From positions 1,297,184 through 1,361,183 of the forward strand of contig CAWHIL010000003.1 in assembly GCA_963829505.1 (NCBI GenBank): DNA of 64,000 nucleotides, read 5' to 3'. The notes under the pieces were generated by a model that was not told the DNA's origin, ran no database searches, and saw only the letters and a list, made by a program, of their open reading frames with translations. Source of the DNA: an uncultured Alphaproteobacteria bacterium. GTDB lineage: Bacteria > Pseudomonadota > Alphaproteobacteria > Rhizobiales > Beijerinckiaceae. Within the stretch, counting starts at the first letter, position 1; each line of letters starts with the position of its first letter. A program made the translations under genes and the position numbers. Below are positions 29,801 through 41,444 of this stretch, one piece after another.

Positions 29801-30730
29801 TCACGCGCGCGTGGCGGCAACTCGCGCAAGCGCAGGCGCCGCCTCGACCGCGACCGCGCCGATCAGGATCAGCACGCAGCCGGCGGCGCCGACAAGCGTC
29901 AGCCGCTCGCCGATGAAAAGCGCGCCAGCGATCGCCGCGAACACCGCTTCCGGCGACAGGATCAGGGCTGCTTCCGCGGGCGGCGTGCGACGCTGGCCGA
30001 CGATGGCGAGCGTATAGCCGAGCGCGCCCGCAAAGAGGCCGGCGAACAGGATTTCGGGCGCAGCCGCGACGACGTCGGCAATGCTCGCCCGCTCGAAGGC
30101 GAAGGAAAAGGCGGCGGCGAGGCCGGCGGTCGTCGCGTACTGGACGAAGGCGAGGGTCAGCGGACGCGCGGCGCGGGCGAGAAAACCCGCCACGAGCGCG
30201 ATCTGCGCAGCCCAGGCGACGTCGGCGATCAGCACGAGGCCGTCGCCGGCCGTCGGCGGCTGCGCGGGGCCGCCTCCGGTCGCGAGCAGCCACGCGCCGA
30301 AGAGCGAGACGGCGCCCGCCACGAGGACAATGGCGCGCGGGCGCGTTCGGGAGAGCGCCCACACGGCGAAGGGCGTCAGCACGACATAGCACGCCGTGAG
30401 GAAGCCGCCGTTGGTGGCGCTAGTCGTCCGGAGACCCGCCTGCTGCAGGCTCGCGCCCAGGAACAGGAGCGCGCCGATCACGATAGCGAGGCGCCATGCG
30501 CCCCCTGGCGCCGGCCTTTCCGCACGCCGCGCCTCGACGAGCGCAAACGGCAGAAGCGCGACGGCGGACACGGCGAAGCGCGCGGCCACGAAGGCGAGCG
30601 GCGGCAGCGCGCCGATGTCCTTCTGCACGACGAAGGTGACGCCCCAGACAGCCGCCGTCGTCAACAAGAGCACGTCGGCGCCGAGGCGCGAGAGGCCCGC
30701 GCTTCGACCGGCATCGAGCCCGAGATTCAG
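29801..30730 (-). CDS. DMT/EamA-family transporter (start uncertain, possibly CTG overlapping the mce stop)
   Basis: Two EamA repeats: LLTTAAVWGVTFVVQK...PLAFVAARF; EAALILSPEAVFAAI. Confidence 0.88.
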   Translation of the reverse strand: MNLGLDAGRSAGLSRLGADVLLLTTAAVWGVTFVVQKDIGALPPLAFVAARFAVSAVALLPFALVEARRAERPAPGGAWRLAIVIGALLFLGASLQQAGLRTTSATNGGFLTACYVVLTPFAVWALSRTRPRAIVLVAGAVSLFGAWLLATGGGPAQPPTAGDGLVLIADVAWAAQIALVAGFLARAARPLTLAFVQYATTAGLAAAFSFAFERASIADVVAAAPEILFAGLFAGALGYTLAIVGQRRTPPAEAALILSPEAVFAAIAGALFIGERLTLVGAAGCVLILIGAVAVEAAPALARVAATRA

Positions 30731-31137
30731 GCCGGAACCTGCTCGATCTCGACCAGCGTGCCGAAAAAGTCCTTCGGGTGCAGGAACAGCACCGGGTTGC
30801 CATGCGCGCCAATCTTCGGCTTGCCGTCGCCGAGCACCCGGGCGCCGGCGGCCTTTAGCTTTGCACCCTCTGCGACGACGTCGGCCACCTCGAAGCACAT
30901 GTGGTGGATGCCGCCGGCCGGGTTCTTTTCGAGGAAGCCCGCGATCGGCGAGTTCGCCCCGAGGGGATGAAGCAGCTCGACCTTGGTGTTCGGCAATTCG
31001 ACGAAGATGACCGTCACGCCGTGCTCGGGCACCGCGTGCGGCGCCGACACCTTGGCGCCGAGGGTCTCGCGATAGGTCGTCGCCGCCTTTTCGAGGTCGG
31101 GCACCGCGATGGCGACGTGATTGAGTTTTCCGATCAT
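30727..31137 (-). CDS. mce: Methylmalonyl-CoA epimerase
   Basis: MIGKLNHVAIAVPDL...GGIHHMCFEV...FLHPKDFFGTLVEIEQ. Confidence 0.96.
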   Translation of the reverse strand: MIGKLNHVAIAVPDLEKAATTYRETLGAKVSAPHAVPEHGVTVIFVELPNTKVELLHPLGANSPIAGFLEKNPAGGIHHMCFEVADVVAEGAKLKAAGARVLGDGKPKIGAHGNPVLFLHPKDFFGTLVEIEQVPA

Positions 31138-31149
31138 GGGGGTCTCCTT

Positions 31150-31248
31150 GGCGAGTGGCGAGTGGCGAGGCGAATGGCGAATGGCGAATGGAAGCGCGGC
31201 GTATCGCTCCCTACTCGCTACTCCCTACTCCCTACTCGCTACTCGCCC
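31150..31248. repeat. Inverted heptamer tandem arrays forming a gene-less hairpin
   Basis: (GGCGAGT/GGCGAAT)n at 31150-31191 facing (CTACTCG/CTACTCC)n at 31209-31248. Confidence 0.85.
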
Positions 31249-31251
31249 CTC

Positions 31252-32919
31252 TTAAACCTCAACCACGAGCGCATGCACCTGCGGCTTCTTGCCCCAGACG
31301 GCGTTGACGGCGGCGCGCACGCCCCGCTCGATCGCGTTCGACAAGAAGTCCGCGTCGCGCCGCTTTCCCTTCGGCAGGCTCTCGAAGGTCTCGAAAATCG
31401 CCGCGTCGATGATCTCGTCGAAGCCGGCGCCGTCGCGGGTGCGCTCGGGCAGCCCGGCGATCATCACGTCCGGATCGCCGGCGAGTTCCCCTTTCGGCGT
31501 CAGCGCGATGGCGATCGAGATCACGCCGGAGAACGACAGCCTGCGGCGCTGGCCGACGCAATCCTGTCCGGGCGGCAGGAGGATGTCGCCGTCCTTCAGC
31601 CTGCGGCCGTGGTCGATCTCACCGATTCCATCGAGATCGCCGGGGGCGAAGCGGATGAGGTCGCCGTTGAAGGCGCGGCGCACCTGCGGCACCCCGAGCG
31701 ACCAGGCCAGCGCTGCGTGCTCGGTCAGGTGCAGCGCCTCGCCGTGCGCCGGGACGGCCATCTGCGGTCGCAGCCAACCGTACATCTTGGCGACCTCTCC
31801 CCGCCGGGGATGGCCGGACGCGTGCACAAGCCCGTTGCGGTCGGTGATGACCTCGATCCCCGCCGAGACCAGCGCGTTGACGATCCGGCCGACCGCCTTT
31901 TCGTTGCCCGGAATGGTGCGCGAGGAGAAGATCACGGTGTCGCCGGGGGCGAGTTCGGCCGCCGGATGATCGTTTCCGGCGATCCGCGCCAGCGCCGCGC
32001 GCGGCTCGCCCTGGCTGCCGGTCGCGAGCGCGAGGATCTTGTCGCGCGGCAGGCGATCGAAGGCGTCGAGGCCGAGGAACGGCGGCACGCCGTCGAGCAT
32101 ACCGAGTTCGCGCGCGATCGCCACGACCCGCTCCATCGCCCGGCCGAGAATGCAGACCTGCCGTCCGGCGGCGTGGCCCGCTTCCGCCGCCGAGCGAAGC
32201 CGCGCCACGTTGGAGGCGAAGGTGGTCACAACGACCCGGTTCCGGGCGGCGCCCACAAGGTCCTTGAGGGTCGCCGCGACCTCGAGCTCGGAGGGGCTTT
32301 CGCCCTCGCGCAGCACGTTGGTCGAATCGCACACGAACGCCAGCACGCCCTCGTCGCCGAGCGCCCTGAGACGGGCTTCGTCGGTCTTCGAGCCGACCAC
32401 CGGGGCTGGATCGATCTTCCAGTCGCCGGAATGGACGACGAGGCCGGCGGGCGTGCGGATCGCCAGCGCCGAGCTCTCCGGGATCGAATGGGCGACGGGC
32501 ACGAATTCGACGTCGAACGGCCCGATCGTCACGCGCCCGCCCGGGGGCACGATCTCGATCGGGATCTTCGGCGCTCCCGGCTCGCCGAGACGGCGCGCCT
32601 CCGCAAGGCCGGCGGCAAAGGGCGAGGCGTAGACGCGAGCCCCGAGACTCGGCCAAAGGTCGGCGAGCGCGCCGATGTGGTCCTCGTGCGCGTGGGTGAT
32701 GACGATGCCGACGAGGTCCTTCCGCACCTTCTCGATGAAGCCGACGTCGGGCAGGATGAGGTCGATTCCGGGCAGGTCGTCGCCGGCGAACGCCACGCCG
32801 AGATCGACCATCAGCCACTTGCGCGCGCGGGCCGGCCCATAGCCGTAGAGCGCGCAATTCATGCCGATTTCGCCAAGGCCTCCCAGCGCCGCGAACACCA
32901 ACTCGCCGTCATCGATCAT
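31252..32919 (-). CDS. rnj: Ribonuclease J
   Basis: LGGLGEIGMN, ITHAHEDHIG, HSGDWK, CDSTN, TGSQGEPRAAL, HASGH. Confidence 0.96.
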   Translation of the reverse strand: MIDDGELVFAALGGLGEIGMNCALYGYGPARARKWLMVDLGVAFAGDDLPGIDLILPDVGFIEKVRKDLVGIVITHAHEDHIGALADLWPSLGARVYASPFAAGLAEARRLGEPGAPKIPIEIVPPGGRVTIGPFDVEFVPVAHSIPESSALAIRTPAGLVVHSGDWKIDPAPVVGSKTDEARLRALGDEGVLAFVCDSTNVLREGESPSELEVAATLKDLVGAARNRVVVTTFASNVARLRSAAEAGHAAGRQVCILGRAMERVVAIARELGMLDGVPPFLGLDAFDRLPRDKILALATGSQGEPRAALARIAGNDHPAAELAPGDTVIFSSRTIPGNEKAVGRIVNALVSAGIEVITDRNGLVHASGHPRRGEVAKMYGWLRPQMAVPAHGEALHLTEHAALAWSLGVPQVRRAFNGDLIRFAPGDLDGIGEIDHGRRLKDGDILLPPGQDCVGQRRRLSFSGVISIAIALTPKGELAGDPDVMIAGLPERTRDGAGFDEIIDAAIFETFESLPKGKRRDADFLSNAIERGVRAAVNAVWGKKPQVHALVVEV

Positions 32920-33735
32920 CCCTGAGAATCCCCTCGCGCGAGCGAACCGCGCCCGCCGACTGCGCCGGCGCTTGCGTCGCCGCCCGGCGATAGAAAGAGG
33001 TCCGCGGCCTCGATCGTCTCGAGACCTTGGCCGCCGCGAAACAGAAGCCGCCCGCTGCCGTCGATTCCATCGAACACGCCCTCGCGGCGCCCGCGCGCGT
33101 CCTCGATGCTGACGACCGCGCCGATCGCGTGCGCCCGCTCGAGCCATTCCGCGCGAACGGCGTCGAAGCCGTCGCCCGCGTCCCAGAGATCGAGCGTCTC
33201 GGCGAAACGCTCGGCGAGGCGCTCGAAGAGCCCGGCGGCGGCGATCGCTCGGCCGTCGGCGCGCCTCAGCGCCGCGGTCGGGTAGCCGACGCCGTCGGGC
33301 GCGGTCGCGCAATTGACCCCGACGCCGATGACGCAGGCGAGCCTGCGGTCGGGCAGCGCCGCCCCTTCGAGCAGGAGGCCGGCGCATTTCGCGCCCGACG
33401 ACACGAGATCGTTCGGCCATTTGAGCTTTGCGTCCATCGCGCCGGCGTCCTCGGCCGCGCGCGCGAGCGCCACGCCTGCGACGAAGCCGAGCTGCGGCGA
33501 GCGGGCCTGTGGGCAAGGGTCAATCAGGAGGGCGCTCGCGTGCAGGTTTCCCTTCAGCGACACCCACGTCCGGCCGTGACGGCCGCGCCCGGCGGTCTGT
33601 TCGTCGGCGACGATCCACAGGCGCCCGGATCATCGTCGAGGGCGCGGCGCCGCGCCTCCTCGTTGGTGGAGTCGATCGCCCGGAGACGGTCGACCCGCCA
33701 GCCGAACGGCGCGGCCCCCCGCGTGGCGCCGATGG

Positions 33736-33739
<4 letters not shown>
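32916..33739 (-). CDS. birA: Biotin--[acetyl-CoA-carboxylase] ligase (1-bp deletion at ~33625)
   Basis: IDSTNEEA...[25 protein letters not shown]...LKWPND...KCAGLLLE; TTG start overlaps the nuoN stop. Confidence 0.92.
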
Positions 33740-35170
<1,431 letters not shown>

Positions 35171-35204
35171 GGGTCTCGTTCTTGATCTCGCCAGATGTCG
35201 TTCT

Positions 35205-36704
35205 TCAGAGGCCTGCGGTCTTCGTCGCCGTGACCGCCTGCTCGAACCCCTTGAGCAGCGCGTCGATCGAGGACGCGCTTGCGTCGATGATCGGCTGCGG
35301 GTGGACGCCGAAATAGACGACGAGGAGGCCGAGCGGCAGGAGCGTCGCGATCTCGCGAGCGTCGAGGTCGAGGATCGACTTCAGGTTCGCTTTCTCGATG
35401 ACGCCGAAAACCACGCGCCGGTAGAGATAGAGCGCATAGCACGCCGAGAGGATGACGCCGGTGGTGGCGAAGAACGCGACCCAGGTGTTGGACTGGAAGG
35501 CGCCGATCAGCGTCAGGAATTCGCCGATGAACCCGGTCGTGCCCGGAAGTCCGACATTGGCCAGGGTAAACAGGAGGAAGGCCACCGCATAGATCGGCAT
35601 GCGCTGGACGAGGCCGCCGTAGCTCGCGATCTCGAGGCTGTGCGTGCGGTCGTAGACCACGCCGACACAGAGGAAGAGCGCGCCCGACACGAGGCCGTGG
35701 CTGATCATCTGGTAGACCGCGCCTTGCACCCCTTGCGTGTTGGCGGCGAAGATCCCCATCGTCACGAAGCCCATGTGGGCGACCGACGAATAGGCGATCA
35801 GCTTCTTCATGTTCTCCTGCGCCAGCGCGACCAGCGAGGTGTAGATGATCGCGATGACCGAGAGCGTGTAGACGAGCGGCGTGAAATAGACCGAGGCGTC
35901 GGGAAACATCGGCAGCGAGAAGCGGATGAAGCCGTAACCGCCCATCTTCAGAAGGATGGCGGCCAGGATGACGGAGCCCGCCGTCGGCGCTTCGACATGC
36001 GCGTCAGGGAGCCAGGTGTGGACCGGCCACATCGGCATCTTGACGGCGAAGGACGCGAAGAAGGCGAGCCAGAGCCACGTCTGCATCTTCGGGTCGAACG
36101 CCGTCTTGAGCAGCACCGTGATGTCGGTCGTGCCCGCCGTCCAGTACATCGCCATCACGGCGAGCAGCATCAGCACCGAGCCGGCGAACGTGTAGAGGAA
36201 GAACTTGAACGCCGCATAGACCCGGTTGTCGTGTCCCCAGATGCCGATGATCAGGAACATCGGAATGAGGCCGCCCTCGAAGAACAGGAAGAAGAGCACG
36301 AGATCGAGCGCCACGAACACGCCGATCATCAGCGTCTCGAGCACGAGGAAGGCGATCATGTACTCCTTCACCCGATTGTCGATCCGCCACGACGCCGCGA
36401 TGCTGATTGGCATGAGGAACGTCGTCAGAAGGACGAAGGGCATCGAGATCCCGTCGACCCCGAGCTTGTAGAGGATGGCGTGCGAGAACCAGTCGTGCTG
36501 CTCGACGAGTTGGAAGCCCGGCTGCGAGGGATCGAACCGCCCCCATGCCACGAGGCTGAGAGCGAAGGTGACGAGGGTGGCGAAGAGCGCGGTCCAGCGC
36601 GCATTGCGTCGCGTCGCCTCGCTGTCGCCCGGCAGAAGCAGGATGAAGGCCGCGCCGACGAGCGGCAGTATCAGGAGGCCGGTGAGGATCGAGATCCCGA
36701 ACAT
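35205..36704 (-). CDS. nuoM: NADH-quinone oxidoreductase subunit M
   Basis: [36 protein letters not shown]. Confidence 0.97.
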   Translation of the reverse strand: MFGISILTGLLILPLVGAAFILLLPGDSEATRRNARWTALFATLVTFALSLVAWGRFDPSQPGFQLVEQHDWFSHAILYKLGVDGISMPFVLLTTFLMPISIAASWRIDNRVKEYMIAFLVLETLMIGVFVALDLVLFFLFFEGGLIPMFLIIGIWGHDNRVYAAFKFFLYTFAGSVLMLLAVMAMYWTAGTTDITVLLKTAFDPKMQTWLWLAFFASFAVKMPMWPVHTWLPDAHVEAPTAGSVILAAILLKMGGYGFIRFSLPMFPDASVYFTPLVYTLSVIAIIYTSLVALAQENMKKLIAYSSVAHMGFVTMGIFAANTQGVQGAVYQMISHGLVSGALFLCVGVVYDRTHSLEIASYGGLVQRMPIYAVAFLLFTLANVGLPGTTGFIGEFLTLIGAFQSNTWVAFFATTGVILSACYALYLYRRVVFGVIEKANLKSILDLDAREIATLLPLGLLVVYFGVHPQPIIDASASSIDALLKGFEQAVTATKTAGL

Positions 36705-38707
36705 CAGCGCGCTCCCCCGAACAGGTACCAGGTGGCGAACGCGGCCGCGCCCAGCATCATCGCGAAGGCGTACTGATAGACAAAGCCGGACTGCAGACGG
36801 ACCGCGCCGCGCGTCACGTCGAGCACCCGCGAGGCGACCCCGTCAGGTCCGATGCCGTCGATGACCGCGCCGTCGCCGGCCTTCCAGAAGAAGCGGCCGA
36901 CAGCAAACGCCGGGCGGACGAAGATCAGGTCGTAGAGCTCGTCGAAATACCACTTGTTGAGCAGGAAATCGTACAGCTGCGGGAAAGTCGCCGCGAGCCG
37001 CTCCGGCGCTTTCCGGTCGACCATGTAGAAGTAATAGGAAATTCCGATTCCGATCACCATCATCAGGAACGGCGACAGCGAGACGAGCCAGGGGACGTGC
37101 TCCATCTGCTCGAGGATCTCGTTGTCCTTGGCGAGGAAGAGGGCATTGCGCCAGAAGTCCGAATAGCCGGCGCCGATGAACCAATGGCGGAAGATGACGC
37201 CGGCAAAAGTCGCGCCGAGCGCAAGCAGCACGAGGGGCGCCAGCATCACCGGCGGCGATTCGTGGGCCGGGCCGGCCCCGTGGCCGTGGCCGTCGTCGCC
37301 GTGGGCGTGGTCTCCTCCGGCGTCATGCGGCAGCCAGGACGCAAACTGGCCGCGCTCGCCGAAGAAGGTCATGAACATGAGGCGGAAAGTGTAGAAGGCG
37401 GTGAACGCCGCCGCGAGATTGACGCACCAGAACGCGTAGCTCGCGCCGAACCGCTGCGAGGCGAACGCCGCCTCGATGATCGGGTCCTTCGACACGAAGC
37501 CGGCGAAGCCGATCGAGGTGAAGGGTATGCCGACGCCGCTCAGCGCCAGCGAGCCGATCATCATGAGCCAGAAGGTGAAGGGGATCTCGGTTCTGAGGCC
37601 CCCCATCCGGCGCATGTCCTGCTCGTGGTGCATGGCGATGATGACCGAGCCCGCGCCGAGGAACAGCAGCGCCTTGAAGAAGGCGTGGGTGAAGAGGTGG
37701 AACATGCCGAGGCTGTAGCCGCCGAGGCCGAGAGCGACGAACATGTAGCCGAGTTGCGAGCAGGTCGAATAGGCGATGACCCGCTTGATGTCGTTCTGCA
37801 CGAGGCCGACGGTCGCGGCGAAGAACGCCGTCGTCGCGCCGACGATGAGGACGACGCTGAGCGCGGCGGGCGCAAGCTCGAAGAGCGGCGAGAGACGCGC
37901 CACCATGAAGACGCCGGCCGTCACCATGGTCGCGGCGTGGATCAGGGCCGAGACCGGCGTCGGGCCCTCCATCGCGTCTGGCAGCCAGGTGTGAAGCAGG
38001 AACTGCGCCGACTTGCCCATCGCGCCCATGAAGAGGAGGAGGCAGGCGAGCGTCAGCGCGTCCCAGTCGAAGCCGATGAAGTGGAAGGTCTTGCCGGCGA
38101 GCCCCGGCGCCGCGGCGAACACCTGGTCGAAGGTGACCGAGCCGGTCAGCGTGAAGACGAGGAAGATGCCGAGGGCGAAGCCGAAGTCGCCCACCCGGTT
38201 GACGACGAAGGCCTTGATCGCCGCCGCGTTGGCCGACGGCTTCTCGTACCAGAAGCCGATCAGCAGGTAGGACATGAGGCCCACGCCCTCCCAGCCGAAG
38301 AAGAGCTGCACCAGATTGTCCGACGTCACCAGCATCAGCATGGCGAAGGTGAAGAGCGACAGATAGGCGAAGAAGCGCTGCTTCGACGGGTCCTCCTCCA
38401 TGTAGCCGATCGAATAGACGTGGACGACGAACGAGACGGTCGTGACGACGACCAGCATGACCGCGGTCATCGTGTCGATCTTGAGCGCCCAGGCGACCGA
38501 GAGCTTGCCGGAGGTGAACCAGTTGGCGAGCGGGATATGCGCGTCCGCTCCGGCCGCAACCATGAAGAAGGCGATCCACGACAGGACGAAACAGACGCCG
38601 AGGAAGGCAGAGGTCGCGTATTCGGCGCCCTTCGGTCCGACCCAACGCCCGAAGACGCCGGCGACGATGAAGCCGAGAAGCGGAAGAAAGACGATCAGCT
38701 GATACAT
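36704..38707 (-). CDS. nuoL: NADH-quinone oxidoreductase subunit L
   Basis: [47 protein letters not shown]. Confidence 0.97.
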   Translation of the reverse strand: MYQLIVFLPLLGFIVAGVFGRWVGPKGAEYATSAFLGVCFVLSWIAFFMVAAGADAHIPLANWFTSGKLSVAWALKIDTMTAVMLVVVTTVSFVVHVYSIGYMEEDPSKQRFFAYLSLFTFAMLMLVTSDNLVQLFFGWEGVGLMSYLLIGFWYEKPSANAAAIKAFVVNRVGDFGFALGIFLVFTLTGSVTFDQVFAAAPGLAGKTFHFIGFDWDALTLACLLLFMGAMGKSAQFLLHTWLPDAMEGPTPVSALIHAATMVTAGVFMVARLSPLFELAPAALSVVLIVGATTAFFAATVGLVQNDIKRVIAYSTCSQLGYMFVALGLGGYSLGMFHLFTHAFFKALLFLGAGSVIIAMHHEQDMRRMGGLRTEIPFTFWLMMIGSLALSGVGIPFTSIGFAGFVSKDPIIEAAFASQRFGASYAFWCVNLAAAFTAFYTFRLMFMTFFGERGQFASWLPHDAGGDHAHGDDGHGHGAGPAHESPPVMLAPLVLLALGATFAGVIFRHWFIGAGYSDFWRNALFLAKDNEILEQMEHVPWLVSLSPFLMMVIGIGISYYFYMVDRKAPERLAATFPQLYDFLLNKWYFDELYDLIFVRPAFAVGRFFWKAGDGAVIDGIGPDGVASRVLDVTRGAVRLQSGFVYQYAFAMMLGAAAFATWYLFGGAR

Positions 38708-38714
38708 TGCCCGC

Positions 38715-39026
38715 TCAGCCCTTCAGCGCATTGATGTCTTCGACCGCGATCGAGCCGCGGTTGCGGTAGTAGGCGACGAGGATCGCAAGGCCGATGGCCG
38801 CCTCCGCCGCGGCGACGGTCAGGATGAAGAGGGCGAAGGCCTGTCCGGTGAGATCGCCCGAGAAGGTCGAGAAAGCGACGAGGTTGATGTTCACCGACAG
38901 CAGGATCAGCTCGACCGACATCAGGATGACGATGATGTTCTTGTGGTTGAGGATGATGCCCGCGATGCCGATCGTGAACACGATCGCCGCGAGGATCAGA
39001 TAGGCGGAAAGGTCCATGGGAATCAT
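38715..39026 (-). CDS. nuoK: NADH-quinone oxidoreductase subunit K
   Basis: [31 protein letters not shown]; start 39017 or 39026. Confidence 0.97.
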   Translation of the reverse strand: MIPMDLSAYLILAAIVFTIGIAGIILNHKNIIVILMSVELILLSVNINLVAFSTFSGDLTGQAFALFILTVAAAEAAIGLAILVAYYRNRGSIAVEDINALKG

Positions 39027-39033
39027 CGATCCT

Positions 39034-39636
39034 TCAGATGCCGGCGCGCGAGGGAACCTTGCGCAATTCGACGGCGGTCTCGGGCGTGCGGGCGTTTTGG
39101 GCGCCGACGTCCTGTCGCTTGACGCCCGGCTTGTGGTGGACCGTGATGACGATCGCGCCGATCATGGCGGTGAGCAGGATCATGCCGGCGGCCTGGAAGA
39201 AGTAGAAGTAGCGGGTGTAGAGCACTTCGCCGAGCGCCGCGGTGTTCGACAGCGTCCCCGACGGCGTCGCGGCCGCGGCCGCGTTCGGCGAGGGCTTCCA
39301 GCCTGCGACGACATAGACGAGTTCGGCCCCGACGATGAAGGCGATCAGGAGCCCTTGGGGCAAGTACTGGACGAACCCCTGCTTCATCCGCGCGAAGTCG
39401 ACGTCGAGCAGCATGACGATGAACAGGAACAGGATCGCCACCGCCCCGACATAGACGACGATCAGGATCATCGCCAGGAACTCCGCCCCCATGATGATGA
39501 AGAGGCCCGCCGCGCTGACGAAGGCGAGGATGAGGAACAGCACCGAATGCACGGGATTGCGCGCCACGATGACGGAGAGCGCCGATCCGACGAGGACCAC
39601 CGCGAAGATCCAGAAGAAGAACGCCGTCCCGGCCAT
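39034..39636 (-). CDS. nuoJ: NADH-quinone oxidoreductase subunit J
   Basis: [29 protein letters not shown]. Confidence 0.96.
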   Translation of the reverse strand: MAGTAFFFWIFAVVLVGSALSVIVARNPVHSVLFLILAFVSAAGLFIIMGAEFLAMILIVVYVGAVAILFLFIVMLLDVDFARMKQGFVQYLPQGLLIAFIVGAELVYVVAGWKPSPNAAAAATPSGTLSNTAALGEVLYTRYFYFFQAAGMILLTAMIGAIVITVHHKPGVKRQDVGAQNARTPETAVELRKVPSRAGI

Positions 39637-39757
39637 GTCGTAAGCCTCGTGTCCCGATCGCTTGCGGCGCGCGTCGCCTGAACGCCGGCGCCTGTCGTGC
39701 TTAAAGGGGCGAGCAGCCCCTTCCCCATTGTTCCTGCCCCGGCAGCCGGGGTTCACG

Positions 39758-40252
39758 TCACCTGTAGGGCGCGTCCATCGCGATGTTGCGCGCGAGCTCC
39801 CGCTCCCAGCGCTTGCCGTTCGCCAGGAGGCGGTCCTTGTCGTAGAAAAGCTCTTCGCGTGTTTCCGTGGAGAACTCGAAGTTCGGCCCCTCGACGATGG
39901 CGTCCACCGGGCACGCCTCCTGGCAGAAGCCGCAGTAGATGCATTTCGTCATGTCGATGTCGTAGCGGGTGGTCCGGCGCGTGCCGTCGTTGCGCCGGGG
40001 CCCCGCCTCGATGGTGATCGCCTGGGCCGGGCAGATCGCTTCGCAGAGCTTGCAGGCGATGCACCGCTCCTCGCCGTTGGGATAGAGTTTGAGCGCATGC
40101 TCGCCGCGAAAGCGCGGCGACAGCGGCGACTTCTCGTTCGGGTAGTTCAGTGTCGCCTTCGGCTTGAAGATATAGCGGACCGACAGCGCGAACGCGGCGA
40201 GAAACTCGGTCAGGAACACCGAGCGCGCGGATTGGGCGAGCCTCATGGCCAT
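39758..40252 (-). CDS. nuoI: NADH-quinone oxidoreductase subunit I
   Basis: Two 4Fe-4S motifs [12 protein letters not shown] and [12 protein letters not shown]. Confidence 0.97.
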   Translation of the reverse strand: MAMRLAQSARSVFLTEFLAAFALSVRYIFKPKATLNYPNEKSPLSPRFRGEHALKLYPNGEERCIACKLCEAICPAQAITIEAGPRRNDGTRRTTRYDIDMTKCIYCGFCQEACPVDAIVEGPNFEFSTETREELFYDKDRLLANGKRWERELARNIAMDAPYR

Positions 40253-40256
40253 GGCG

Positions 40257-41438
40257 TCATCCTCCCACACCCGAGCCGGCGGCGCCGAGCCCGGTGAACT
40301 CGAGCACGGCCGCGACGACGACGACCATGACCAGCGAGATCGGCAGGAACACTTTCCAGCCGAGCCGCATGAGCTGGTCGTAGCGATAGCGCGGCACGAA
40401 CGCCTTCACCATCGAGAAGCAGAAAATCACGCTCCACGCCTTGAAGAGGAACCAGAAGACGCCCGGGATCCAGGTAAACGGCGGGAACGGCAGCGGCGAC
40501 AGCCAGCCGCCGAGGAAGAACACCGTCGTCATCGCCGCCATCGTGAGGAGAGCGACGAGCTCGGTGAGAAATTGCAGGAGGAAGAGCGAGGCGGAATATT
40601 CGACGGAATAGCCGGCGACGAGCTCGGATTCGGCCTCGGTCAGATCGAACGGCGGCCGGTTCGTCTCGGCGAGCGCGGACACGAAGAAGATGACGAACAT
40701 CGGCAGAAGCGGCAGCCAGTACCAGCCCAGGAAGCCGAAGCGGGTGTCCTGCGCGCGGACGATCTCGGAGAGGTTCAGCGAGCCCGCGCACATGACGACG
40801 GTCACGATGACGAAGCCGATCGACACCTCGTAGGAGACCATCTGCGCCGCCGCGCGCAGCGCCGAGAGCAGCGGGTATTTCGAGTTCGACGCCCAGCCCG
40901 CCATGATGACGCCGTAGACGCCGAGCGAGGAAACCGCGAACAGGAAGAGGACGCCGACATTGATGTCGGAGACCACCCAGCGGTCGCTGACCGGGATAAC
41001 CGCCCAGGCCGCGAAGGCCAGGATCACCGAGACCAGCGGCGCCGCGACGAACACGCCCTTGTTGGCGCTCGCCGGGATGATCGGCTCCTTGATGACGAAC
41101 TTGCCGAAGTCGGCGAAAGGCTGCAGCACGCCCCACGGGCCTACGACGTTCGGGCCGCGCCTGAGCTGCACCGCTCCCCAGATCTTGCGCTCGATGTAGA
41201 TCAGCGCCGCCGTCGACAGGAGCACGCAGACCAGCATCGCGAAGCTCTCGAGGATGTACCGGATCGCCGAGCCGAGGCTCGTCTCGTGCAGCCACTGACC
41301 GAGCGCGGCGAAATAGCCGCCGCTGATCAGGAGCCAAAGGAGCCAGACGACGACGATCGCCGCAACGAGCAGGACGACGCCGGCGATCGCGAGGAGATGC
41401 GACGGCGATTGGGGACGGGAGGGCGTTGCGCTGCTCAT
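40257..41438 (-). CDS. nuoH: NADH-quinone oxidoreductase subunit H (N-terminally extended)
   Basis: [46 protein letters not shown]. Confidence 0.96.
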   Translation of the reverse strand: MSSATPSRPQSPSHLLAIAGVVLLVAAIVVVWLLWLLISGGYFAALGQWLHETSLGSAIRYILESFAMLVCVLLSTAALIYIERKIWGAVQLRRGPNVVGPWGVLQPFADFGKFVIKEPIIPASANKGVFVAAPLVSVILAFAAWAVIPVSDRWVVSDINVGVLFLFAVSSLGVYGVIMAGWASNSKYPLLSALRAAAQMVSYEVSIGFVIVTVVMCAGSLNLSEIVRAQDTRFGFLGWYWLPLLPMFVIFFVSALAETNRPPFDLTEAESELVAGYSVEYSASLFLLQFLTELVALLTMAAMTTVFFLGGWLSPLPFPPFTWIPGVFWFLFKAWSVIFCFSMVKAFVPRYRYDQLMRLGWKVFLPISLVMVVVVAAVLEFTGLGAAGSGVGG

Positions 41439-41444
41439 GTCCGC

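Noticed and set aside
31150-31248. Heptamer arrays as CRISPR or simple contingency repeats
   Set aside because: No spacers and no cas genes; the units are 7 bp, intergenic and arranged as inverted arms.
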